64,000 nucleotides of DNA from an uncultured Actinomycetota bacterium (GTDB taxonomy: Bacteria; Actinomycetota; Actinomycetes; Streptosporangiales; Streptosporangiaceae). This document shows, piece by piece, positions 9,074 through 17,925 of this stretch. The translations under genes were made by a program, and so were the position numbers. The notes under the pieces are model-generated. The model did not search any database. It saw nothing but the letters and a program-made list of their open reading frames with translations, and was not told the DNA's origin. The DNA lies in contig CAVRXH010000006.1 of NCBI GenBank assembly GCA_963725175.1, forward strand, positions 5,939,580 to 6,003,579. Reading direction: 5' to 3'. The stretch's first letter is position 1. Each line of letters starts with the position of its first letter.

Positions 9074-9586
9074 GTGGAGCCGGACGTGCTGGGACGCTAC
9101 CACGAGGGTGCTTTGCCGACATTCCGGGCATCGAGCGCACCGGCTGCCGACGCCTCCGGGCCACCCCTGCCCGACCTGCTGAGCTACCTGCGCGGCGACT
9201 GGCAGGTGGCCCGCCGGCTCACCGATCACCGGTCCGGCACGGCGGGGGAGTTCACCGGCACCGCGTCGTTCCGCGCGCTGGGCAGGGCCGGGCTGGCGTA
9301 CCGGGAGGAGGGGGAGCTGCGGTTCGGGGGGCACCTGGGACCGGCCAGCCGAGACCTGATCTACCTCGCCGCTGCGGACGGCGCGCTAGATGTCCGGTTC
9401 GGCGACGGGCGCGCGTTCTACCGGCTGGAGGCGAGCGGCGGCCGGTGGACCGCCGGGCACCCGTGCGGCCTGGATCACTACCAGGTCACCGGCGAGCTGC
9501 TCGGCGCCGGCCGGTACGCCGAGCACTGGCAGGTCACCGGGCCCGCCAAGAATTACGAGATCGACTCCACGCTGGTCCGCCGGTGA
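9074..9586 (+). CDS. Hypothetical protein (170 aa), first gene of a three-gene translationally coupled operon
   Basis: The ORF has coding-type GC3 bias. Its stop overlaps the next gene's start (GTGA at 9583-9586). Confidence 0.5.
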   Translation: MEPDVLGRYHEGALPTFRASSAPAADASGPPLPDLLSYLRGDWQVARRLTDHRSGTAGEFTGTASFRALGRAGLAYREEGELRFGGHLGPASRDLIYLAAADGALDVRFGDGRAFYRLEASGGRWTAGHPCGLDHYQVTGELLGAGRYAEHWQVTGPAKNYEIDSTLVRR

Positions 9587-11319
9587 CCGGCGCGGACGGC
9601 TACTCCGGCACCATTCCCCGGCTGCTCGCCCAGGCCGCCGGCCGGGACGCCGCAGGCACCTGGCTGCGCGCCGACTCGGGGACGCTGACCTTCGGCGGCG
9701 CGGCCGCCGCGACCGCGCTGACCGCGCAGGTGCTGACCGAGGCCGGGGTGCGCAAGGGCGACCTGGTGATGATGACCGCGCGGAACATCCCGCCCTACCT
9801 CATCTGCTGGCTGGCCCTGACCTCGCTCGGCGCGGTCACCGTCGCGGTGAACCCGCGCAGCCAGCCCGCCGAGCTGGCCGGGCTGATTTCCCAGGTCAGC
9901 CCGCGCGCCCTGATCACCGACGACACCCTCGCCGAGCTGACCGGCGTGGCCCTGGCCGGGGTCGCCGCACCCGGAGCGCCCGCACCCAGCTCCGCCGCAG
10001 CCGGCACCGCCGAGCCAGGAGTCGCTGGACCAGGGAGCTTCGCGTCCTTGGCCGCCGCGGCGCCGGCCGGGCTGGCCGTGCTCGACGTCGCCGGTCTGGT
10101 GCCGGCCGGCTGGGCCGACCCGGCCGCGATGGCCGCCGCCGCGCGCCGGGCCGGGCCGCTGCCCGACGTGGCCAGGCCGGACGACCCGGCCACCCTGATC
10201 CCGACCTCGGGTACCACCGGCCGGTCCAAGCTGGTCATCCAGACCCACCGGGCGTACGCGATGGCCGGCGAGGGTTTCCCGTACTGGATGGAGCTGACCG
10301 CCGCCGACCGGATGATGACCTCGCTGCCGCTGTTCCACGTCAACGCGCCCGCCTACTCCGTGCTCGGCTCGCTGGCCTGCGGCGCGGGGCTGGTGCTGCT
10401 GGAGCGGTTCTCGGCCAGCGGGTTCCTGGACGCGGCGCGGCGGCACGGGGCGACCGAGTTCAACGCCATCGGGGCGATGCTGGAGATGCTGATGCGCCAG
10501 CCCGAGCGGCCCGATGACGCCGGCACCCCGCTGCGGCTGTGCTACACAGGACCCGCGCCCGAGCGCGACCGGCACCTGGAGATGGAACGGCGGCTCGGCC
10601 TGCGGATCGTCGTCGGCTACGCGATGTCGGAGTCCCCGTACGGGCTGATCTGGGCGCGCGGCACCCGCCCGTACGGCACCCTCGGCTCGGTGCGCCAGCA
10701 CCCGGTGCTCGGCACCGTCAACGCCGCGCGGGTCGTCGCGCCGGACGGCACCGACCTGCGCCCCGGCGACAGCGGAGAGCTGCTGCTGCGCAACCCGGCC
10801 GTGACGCCGGGCTACTTCGGCATGCCGGAGGAGACCGCGCGGGTGATCACCGGCGGCTGGCTGCACACCGGCGACCTGGTCACGGTGAACGCCGACGGCA
10901 CCTACACGTTCGTGTCCCGGATCAAGGAAGTGATCCGCCGCCGTGGCGAGAACCTGTCGCCGCTCGAAGTCGAGGACGTCCTCGCCGCGCACCCGGCGGT
11001 GCTGGAGTGCGCCGTCACCGGGGTGCCCTCCGATCTCACCGAGGAAGAGGTCAAGGCCTTCGTCGTGACGGCCGGGGACCAGCGCGCCGACTTCGCCGAG
11101 CTGCATGCCTTCGCCGCCGCCCGGCTCGCCGCGTTCAAGGTGCCCCGGTACTGGCAGCAGGTCAGCGAGCTGCCCAGGACCCCGACGGCGCGAGTCGCCA
11201 AGCACCTGCTGCCGGCCGGGCACCCGCCCGGCGAGTACGACGCCCGCCCGCCGGACCAGGCCTCCGCCCACCCGGCCCAGCCCGCAGAGCCGGCCCAGCC
11301 CGCACAGGAGACCCCGTGA
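9583..11319 (+). CDS. AMP-dependent synthetase/ligase (acyl-CoA synthetase, ANL superfamily)
   Basis: AMP-binding motif IPTSGTTGRSKLVIQTHRAY and the …YRTGD…-like motif LHTGDLV. The GTG start overlaps the upstream stop. The C-terminus is Pro/Ala/Gln-rich. Confidence 0.8.
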   Translation: MTGADGYSGTIPRLLAQAAGRDAAGTWLRADSGTLTFGGAAAATALTAQVLTEAGVRKGDLVMMTARNIPPYLICWLALTSLGAVTVAVNPRSQPAELAGLISQVSPRALITDDTLAELTGVALAGVAAPGAPAPSSAAAGTAEPGVAGPGSFASLAAAAPAGLAVLDVAGLVPAGWADPAAMAAAARRAGPLPDVARPDDPATLIPTSGTTGRSKLVIQTHRAYAMAGEGFPYWMELTAADRMMTSLPLFHVNAPAYSVLGSLACGAGLVLLERFSASGFLDAARRHGATEFNAIGAMLEMLMRQPERPDDAGTPLRLCYTGPAPERDRHLEMERRLGLRIVVGYAMSESPYGLIWARGTRPYGTLGSVRQHPVLGTVNAARVVAPDGTDLRPGDSGELLLRNPAVTPGYFGMPEETARVITGGWLHTGDLVTVNADGTYTFVSRIKEVIRRRGENLSPLEVEDVLAAHPAVLECAVTGVPSDLTEEEVKAFVVTAGDQRADFAELHAFAAARLAAFKVPRYWQQVSELPRTPTARVAKHLLPAGHPPGEYDARPPDQASAHPAQPAEPAQPAQETP

Positions 11320-12287
11320 CCGAGTACCCGACCGCCATCGGCACCAGCGACGCCACCTCGATCTCGCTGCTCGGGCACGACCTGGCGGCGGAGCTGATGG
11401 GCCAGGTCAGCTTCGGCGAGCTGGCGTTCTGGCTGGTCGCGCTGCGGCGGCCGGCGCCGGGGGAGCTGCGGCTGTTCGAGGCGGTGCTGGTCGCGCTCGC
11501 CGATCACGGGTTCACCCCGTCGGCCATCGCCGCGCGGCTGACGCTGACCGGCGCGCCCGAGTCGGTGCAGGGCGCGCTCGCGGCGGGGCTGCTCGGCGGC
11601 GGGTCCCGGTACCTGGGCGTGACCGAGGACTGCGGCCGGTTCCTCGCGGACGCGCTGGCGGCGGCGCGCGGCGCTGACGGCGGCGGCCCCGGCGCCGGCC
11701 ATGACAGCGGCCCCGGCGACCGCCCTGGTGGCGACGCTGCCGCTAGGGCATCCCGGCTGCCAGCCGACGACGACGAGGCCGGCTGGGACGAACTGGCGGC
11801 CAGGGCGGTCCGCGCCAGGCGAGCGGCGGGCCTGCTAGTCCCCGGCCTCGGCCACCCGGTGCACAAGGACGGCGACCCGCGCACGCCCGTCATCTTCGCC
11901 ATCGCGCGCGAGGCGGGGGTGCTCGGCCCGCACCTGCGGCTGTTCGCGGCCGTGGGGCGGGTGCACCCCGCGATCCTGAACCGCACCCTGCCGCTGAACG
12001 GCGCCGGGGTGTGCGGCGCCGCCCTCGCCGACCTCGGCTTCGCGCCGGACATGCTGCGCGGCTTCGCCCTGCTGGCCCGCGCCGCCGGGCTGCTCGGGCA
12101 CCTGGCCGAGGAGATGCGCCGGCCGGCCGGCCCGGCATCTACCGAGCGGCCGACGAGTCGGTCCGCTACCAGCCGCCCGGCACCTGAGCCGCCGCCGGCC
12201 CGAACCCGCAGCCGAGCGCCCCGAGCCCGCGCGGCATCGCAGCGGGGTCGGTCACGCGCCGCCCGTTCAGGCACCGCCCGTTTCTAG
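11316..12287 (+). CDS. Citrate synthase-like / citryl-CoA lyase family protein
   Basis: GTG start overlapping the ligase stop. Citrate-synthase signature-like GLGHPVHKDGDPR and the large-domain region LADHGFTPSAIAARLTLTGAP…. Confidence 0.65.
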   Translation: MTEYPTAIGTSDATSISLLGHDLAAELMGQVSFGELAFWLVALRRPAPGELRLFEAVLVALADHGFTPSAIAARLTLTGAPESVQGALAAGLLGGGSRYLGVTEDCGRFLADALAAARGADGGGPGAGHDSGPGDRPGGDAAARASRLPADDDEAGWDELAARAVRARRAAGLLVPGLGHPVHKDGDPRTPVIFAIAREAGVLGPHLRLFAAVGRVHPAILNRTLPLNGAGVCGAALADLGFAPDMLRGFALLARAAGLLGHLAEEMRRPAGPASTERPTSRSATSRPAPEPPPARTRSRAPRARAASQRGRSRAARSGTARF

Positions 12288-12568
12288 CGCAATGCGCATG
12301 ACTCTTGACATGGAGTAATTTTACGTCTTGAATCATGTCTTGAAGTTAGGGCAGTACGTCGGGAGGAGCCCGGCTTGTCCGTCCCGCCCGCAGCGTCACT
12401 GACCGCACTCAGCCTCGCCTGGTTACCGGCGTCACCGGCTGCAACGCGGTCATCCGGGGGCACAGGCGCATCGCGGTCGCATCTTCCGTGGCACCAGTCG
12501 GGCCTGGCCGGCCTGAGCGGCCGGCCGTCGCGCCCGAGTCATCTCCCCAGTCTGGAGGCTGCACTCTG

Positions 12569-14006
12569 ATGTTCGACACCCCGCCGGCCCGGCCGGCCTT
12601 CATCCTGCGGCAGCGACGCCTGCTCGCCGCTATCGCGTCCGTCGTCACGTTACTCGGCGCCGCCGCGATCGCGGTCATCACGATGGCGCTGCCGGCCTCC
12701 GCCACCACCGTGCCGGCCCCGCCGGCCGGCTGGTCCACCGTGTTCAGCGACAACTTCGCCGGGGCGTCGGGCTCGCAGGTCAACTCGGCCAACTGGAAGT
12801 ACGACACCGGCGCCGGATCCACGTTCGGCACCGGCGAGATCGAGACGATGACCAACTCGACCAGCAACGTCTATCTCGACGGCAACGGCCACCTGGTGAT
12901 CAAGGCGATCAACTCCGGCGGCAACTGGACCTCCGGCCGGATCCAGACCAACAGCGCCAACGTCGGCGCGCCCGCCGGCGGCGAGCTTGAGGTCACCGCG
13001 TCGATCGAGCAGCCCAATCCGTCCAGCGGCCTCGGCTACTGGCCGGCGTTCTGGATGCTCGGCGCCGGCTCCTGGCCGTCCACCGGCGAGATCGACATCA
13101 TGGAGGACGTCAACGCGCTCTCCGAGCACTCGGGGACATTCCACTGCGGAGTCGACCCCGGCGGCCCGTGCAACGAGACCGACGGCATCGGCAGCGGCCT
13201 GGACGCCTGCTCGGGCTGCCAGACCGGCTACCACACCTACACGGTGATCGTGAACCGGACCAACGCCTCGGCCGAGTCGATCACCTGGTACCTGGACGGC
13301 ACGCAGTTCTTCCAGGTCAACGAGAGCCAGGTGCCGGTGGCGACCTGGCAGGCGGCCGTAGACCATAACTTCTCGATCATCTTCGACCTGGCGATGGGCG
13401 GCGGCTACCCGAACGGGGTTTGCAACTGCACCACGCCGACCAGCTCGACCACCTCGGGCGCGACGATGAGCGTCGCCTACGTCGCCGCGTACGAGACCAG
13501 CAGCGGCACCCCCACCCCGACGCCGACCCCGACCACCACCGGCCCCGGTGGCGGCGGAATCCTGCTCCACGACCGCGACCGCGGACATCTCGGCCGACTG
13601 CTACAACTCCAGCAAGGGCACCATCTCCGTCACCGCAGCCAGCGGGGACACCAACCCGTCCGGCGTGGACGGCAACCAGGCGTCCCAGCTCATCAACGGT
13701 GATTACCTCGAATACAACAACATCAACTTCGGCTCAGCAGGATCGAGCCAGTTCGATGCCAGAGTGGCCTCCGGGGCCGCGGGCGGGGTAAGCGGCCTGG
13801 TCGAGGTGGTCCTCGACAACCCGTCTAACGCCCCCGTCGGGAGCTTCGCGGTCGGCAATACCGGCGGCTGGAGCACCTGGAAGACGGTCCCGGCGAACAT
13901 CACCAAGACGACGGGCACGCACAACGTGTACCTGGAGTTCTCCTCGGCCGCGGGCGGTAATCCGGCGTTCGTGAGCCTGCATTACTTCAACTTCCCCACC
14001 GCGTAA
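12569..14006 (+). pseudogene. Secreted GH16 glycoside hydrolase (beta-glucanase/laminarinase-like) with a Thr/Pro linker and a C-terminal CBM6/CBM35-like module. The frame shifts inside the GGTGGCGGCGG tract at ~13550
   Basis: ATG at 12569 with a GGAGG RBS. A signal peptide and TM anchor precede the GH16 catalytic motif GEIDIMEDV. The TPTPTPTPTTTGPGGGG linker follows. ORF 13548-14006 in another frame encodes a CBM6/35-like domain (…LINGDYLEYNNINFG…). Confidence 0.65.
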
Positions 14007-14158
14007 CGGCTGACGTACGGCCGGCCCCGGTGCGCTGTCCACGGCGCCCGGGGCCGGCCGTCGGCGTTTCTGGGCTGGTCCATGCCCGCAGGCCCGAGCC
14101 GTCTCTACTATGCAAAGAAGTGTTTGCAAAGACTTGTTTGGAAAGCTATCTTGGCACC

Positions 14159-14831
14159 TATGCCAGCCAAGCCAGCTCAGTCCGGGGCGCCGGGTCAGCC
14201 CGGCCGGACCGTCAAGCGGCTGACCGACCCCCGGGCGCTGCGAGCCCTCGCCCATCCGACCAGGCTCTCGCTGGTCGGCCTGCTGCGCAGGGACGGGCCG
14301 CTCACCGCCACCCAGGCCGGCCAGCGGCTCGGCGAGAGTTCCGCCAGCGCCTCGTTCCACCTGCGGCAGCTCGCCAAGTACGGGCTCGTGGAGGAGGCCG
14401 GGGGCGGCACCGGCCGGGAACGGCCGTGGCAGGCGACGACCCAGTTCACCGCCTGGCCCGAGGTCCCCGACGACGACGAGCAGGCCGCCGCCTCCGACCT
14501 GCTCGCCACCGTGATCGCCGATCGCTATTTCCAGTACCTCCAGCGGTGGCTGCTGGCCCGGCACACCGAGCCGGTCGCCTGGCAGGAGGCGGCCATGTTC
14601 GGCGACACCGTGATCTGGGTGACCGATGAGGAACTGGCCGGGCTCGCGGCGCAGGAGCGGGCGCTGGTGGACCGCTACCTCGACCGGGCGGAGCACGCCG
14701 AGCTGCGCCCGCCGGGCGCGCGCCTGGTGAGCTACCTGCACCTGGCCTTCCCCGGCGATCTCTCCGGTGCCGCGCCCGGGCCCGAGAAGCCCGCCCCCGT
14801 GACGGGCGAGGATGGGCGGGCGGCACGGTGA
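14159..14831 (+). CDS. ArsR-like winged-helix transcriptional regulator
   Basis: HTH region ALAHPTRLSLVGLLRRDGPLTATQAGQRLGESSASASFHLRQLAKYGLV. Its stop overlaps the MFS gene start. Direct repeats TGTTTGCAAAG/TGTTTGGAAAG lie upstream. Confidence 0.7.
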
Positions 14832-16174
14832 CGATGAGCGTGGCGCGGCTGACGCGGCGGGTGCCGCCGCTGCTGCGCGAGGTCACCTTCCGGCGGTACT
14901 GGACCGCGCAGTCGGTCTCCATGCTGGGTGACCAGGTCACCACCATCGCGATGCCGCTCGCCGCCGTTCTCGCGCTGCACGCCACCGCCAGCGACATGGG
15001 CTACCTGACCGCGCTGGAATGGCTGCCCAGCCTGCTGTTCGGCCTGGTCGCCGGCGCCTGGGTGGACCGGCGCGGCCGGCGCCGGGCGGTGATGATCGCC
15101 GCCGACCTCGGCAGGTTCCTGCTGCTCGCCAGCGTCCCGGTCTGCTACGGCCTGGGCGTGCTCACCCTCGGCCAGCTCTACGGCGTGGCGTTCGGGGCGG
15201 GCCTGCTGAGCATCTTTTTCACGGTGTCGGACGCCAGCATGTTCGTCGCCATCGTGCCCGAGGACCAGTACGTCGAGGGCAACTCGCTGGTGTACGGGAG
15301 CCGGGCGATGTCGTTCGTCGTCGGGCCGAGCGTCGGCGGGCTGCTGGTCCAGTTGCTGTCCGCGCCGGCGGCACTCGCGGCGGACGCGCTGTCCTTCCTC
15401 GGCTCGGCGTTCTCCCTCAGCCGGATCTCGCCGAAGGAGCCGCCGCCCGACCCCGGCGGCCGTGGCTCGGTCACCGCAGGCGCCCGGTACATCGTGGGCG
15501 CGCCCGTCGTCCGGGCCTCGCTGATGGCCGTCGCGGTGATCAACTTCTTCACGCTGATGTACTTCACCCTGTTCATCCTGTACGCCACCAGGGACCTGCA
15601 CGTCCGGGCCGGCCTGCTCGGCCTGGTGCTGGGCGCGGCCGCCGTGGGCGGGGTGCTCGGCGCGGTGCTGACCCGGCGGCTCGCGGCGGCCATCGGCGTG
15701 GGCTGGGCTTACATCGCCGGGTGCGCCGGGTACACCGCGCCGCTCGCCCTGGTGCCGCTGGCCGGCGGGGCGCGGCCCGAGGTGCTGGCGATGCTGTTCG
15801 CCGCCGAGTTCTGCTCCGGGTTCGGCGTGATGGTGCTGGACATCAGCATCGGATCGATCTTCGCGGCGGTGATTCCCGACAAGCTCAGGGCCAGGGTGAC
15901 CGGCGCGTTCCAGGCGGTGAACTACGGCACCAGGCCGGTCGGCGCCCTGGCCGGCGGCATCCTCGGCAGCTCGCTGGGGCTGCGCTCGACGCTGTGGATC
16001 GGCGTGGTCGGCGGTTTCGCCGGCGCGCTGCTGCTGCTCGCCTCGCCGCTGCCCAGGTTTCGCATGCCGGTCACGGACCCTGACGCGGAGTCCGATGCGG
16101 GGCCGAACGCGGCGCCGGACTTCGAGCCGGGCGTCGGGCCGGAGGATCAGCGGCCGGAGCCCGCTACTTCCTAG
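14828..16174 (+). CDS. MFS transporter (EntS/YbdA-like efflux family)
   Basis: Twelve predicted TM segments. The MFS motif DRRGRRR sits after TM2. The GTG start overlaps the regulator's stop. Confidence 0.85.
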   Translation: MTMSVARLTRRVPPLLREVTFRRYWTAQSVSMLGDQVTTIAMPLAAVLALHATASDMGYLTALEWLPSLLFGLVAGAWVDRRGRRRAVMIAADLGRFLLLASVPVCYGLGVLTLGQLYGVAFGAGLLSIFFTVSDASMFVAIVPEDQYVEGNSLVYGSRAMSFVVGPSVGGLLVQLLSAPAALAADALSFLGSAFSLSRISPKEPPPDPGGRGSVTAGARYIVGAPVVRASLMAVAVINFFTLMYFTLFILYATRDLHVRAGLLGLVLGAAAVGGVLGAVLTRRLAAAIGVGWAYIAGCAGYTAPLALVPLAGGARPEVLAMLFAAEFCSGFGVMVLDISIGSIFAAVIPDKLRARVTGAFQAVNYGTRPVGALAGGILGSSLGLRSTLWIGVVGGFAGALLLLASPLPRFRMPVTDPDAESDAGPNAAPDFEPGVGPEDQRPEPATS

Positions 16175-17349
16175 CCCGCCATGCTCAGCCGGGCCAGCGC
16201 GGCCCCGTAGCGGATCGCGACAAGCTGGCCGACCGCTGAGTGCGCGCCCAGCGGGGCCACGCAGGGCGCGCCGAGGGCCGAGCTGATCGCTTCCAGCTCC
16301 CGCCGAGGAGTTTCCGGGCCGATCAGGCACGGGGCGATGACCGGCCGCTCGGCACCCGCCTCGCGGAGCCTGGCCAGCGCGGCGTCGATGCTGGCCGGGT
16401 CGTCGATCGAGGCCGGGGCCGTCGGCATGGCCAGCCGGGAGGCCAGCAGCACCGCCGCGACACCCGCCGCGCCAGTCGCCTCTACGCCGCGGTCGGCGAG
16501 CACTATGACGCCGTAGTTCGTGGTCGAGATAGACAGGCCGCGAGACCGCGCGTTGCGGGCCAGGCCCGCCTCCGCCAGCCGGGCGTGCAGCGCCTCGGCG
16601 ATCAGCGGGTGCGGTCCCAGGTGCGCGCCGAGCATGACCTGCCCGCCGGCGCCTTCCGCCGCCCTGGCCAGCGCCGCGTCTATGGCCTGATGCGGGCCCG
16701 CGAGCAGCGGCACGATCACGCCGCCGAGCGCTCGCTCGCCGGCCGGCACCTCGTCGAAACGCAGGCAGTCGGTCAGCCGGTGCGCGTCCCCGCCCAGGAA
16801 GCCGACCCGGATCTCGACGCCGGGGCACGAGGTTTCCGCGGTAGCCGCGATCTGCTCGATCGTCCCGATGTGCTCGCCGTCGGCGCCGCCTGGAACCGCG
16901 ATGACCAGGGCCGGCGCGTCCGAGGACACGCTCAGCCGGTGCGGGCTGCGGTGCCGCCCGGCCGGCCGGGTCCGCATGGTCCGCCGGGGCAGGGCGCCGT
17001 TTCGCTGCGGCATGTCGTCACCGCGCTGCGGCAGTCCTCCGTCGCGCTGGGGGAGCCCGCCGTCGCGCTGCGGGAGCCCGCCATCGCGCTGCGGGAGCGG
17101 CTCGCCGCGCCGGGGCAGCGACTCGGCCGCCGGCAGCGGCGCGAGCGAGTCGCTGGTGGTCTCGCTGGAGGCCGGCCGCTGCGGCCGTTCGAACAGGCTG
17201 CCGCCCGATGCGGTCGGGTTATCGCCGCCCGGCTGCCTGCGCCGGGGCAGCGGGGCTGACCCCGGCGAGGGTTCACGCCAAGGCGGCTGCTGCGGATCCG
17301 GGCTCTGGTCAATCACGATGACGTATCGTAATCGCTGGTGGCGGCGCAT
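16171..17349 (-). CDS. Sirohydrochlorin chelatase (CbiX/SirB family) with an N-terminal low-complexity Pro-rich repeat extension
   Basis: Two CbiX-like halves (ALVIAVPGGADGEHIG…; VIVLADRGVEATGAAG…). The N-terminal 120 aa carry LPQRDGG repeats. An alternative internal start is the ATG at 16977. Confidence 0.65.
   Translation of the reverse strand: MRRHQRLRYVIVIDQSPDPQQPPWREPSPGSAPLPRRRQPGGDNPTASGGSLFERPQRPASSETTSDSLAPLPAAESLPRRGEPLPQRDGGLPQRDGGLPQRDGGLPQRGDDMPQRNGALPRRTMRTRPAGRHRSPHRLSVSSDAPALVIAVPGGADGEHIGTIEQIAATAETSCPGVEIRVGFLGGDAHRLTDCLRFDEVPAGERALGGVIVPLLAGPHQAIDAALARAAEGAGGQVMLGAHLGPHPLIAEALHARLAEAGLARNARSRGLSISTTNYGVIVLADRGVEATGAAGVAAVLLASRLAMPTAPASIDDPASIDAALARLREAGAERPVIAPCLIGPETPRRELEAISSALGAPCVAPLGAHSAVGQLVAIRYGAALARLSMAG
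16995..17097. repeat. Tandem 21-bp repeats (about four units) inside the CbiX 5' coding region
   Basis: cgtcgcgctgggggagcccgc / cgtcgcgctgcgggagcccgc / catcgcgctgcgggagcgg…, encoding (PQRDGGL)n on the minus strand. Confidence 0.7.
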
Positions 17350-17440
17350 TGTCTGTGTTCTGCGATGTTCGCACCTTAACTACGTATGTCACCGTTTCGT
17401 GCTACCGGCCTTGCCCGGTTTGTACCCTCTGCTGCCAGTG

Positions 17441-17809
17441 CTAGTCGTCCCGCAGCATGCTGCGGTAGACGGCGATGAGCGCACTCCGCTGCTCCGGGCT
17501 CAGCCGCCCCTCAGCCTTGATCGCGTCCTCTACACCCGGCGCAATCGCTGCCCCGCCGCCCGACCGGTCGTGCCGCAGCAAGCCGGCCTGAGCGAGCAGC
17601 GTCTCGGTTGAGACGTTCAGCGCGTCTGAGATCAGCCGGATCACCCGCACGCTCGGCTGGTGCAGCCCGCGCTCGATCTGGCTGAGGTAGGGGTTGGACA
17701 GCCGGGTGCGCTCAGCGAGCTGCCGCAGCGACAGGTTGGCGAGCTTGCGCTTGTCGCGAATGAAGGCGCCAAGCGCCTCCATCTGGCCATCCCACGGTGG
17801 TTCGGTCAT
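17441..17809 (-). CDS. XRE family helix-turn-helix transcriptional regulator
   Basis: ATG at 17809. HTH LSLRQLAERTRLSNPYLSQIERGLHQPSVRVIRLISDAL. Confidence 0.7.
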   Translation of the reverse strand: MTEPPWDGQMEALGAFIRDKRKLANLSLRQLAERTRLSNPYLSQIERGLHQPSVRVIRLISDALNVSTETLLAQAGLLRHDRSGGGAAIAPGVEDAIKAEGRLSPEQRSALIAVYRSMLRDD

Positions 17810-17925
17810 CGGTGCCTGCCTGGCTTCACGGTCAGTGGTCAGTAGGTAGGTGCCTGGGTGCGTCGACGTCCGCCTGCCTGTCAGCGATCGGCGGCGGGCG
17901 GGCCTAGCAGCCCGCCCGCCGCCGA

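Noticed and set aside
10539-12287. Long ORF suggesting a 582-aa protein that starts inside the acyl-CoA ligase gene.
   Set aside because: The first ~260 codons overlap the ligase in another frame and translate to Arg/Pro-rich nonsense. Citrate-synthase-like homology begins at the GTG at 11316, which overlaps the ligase stop.
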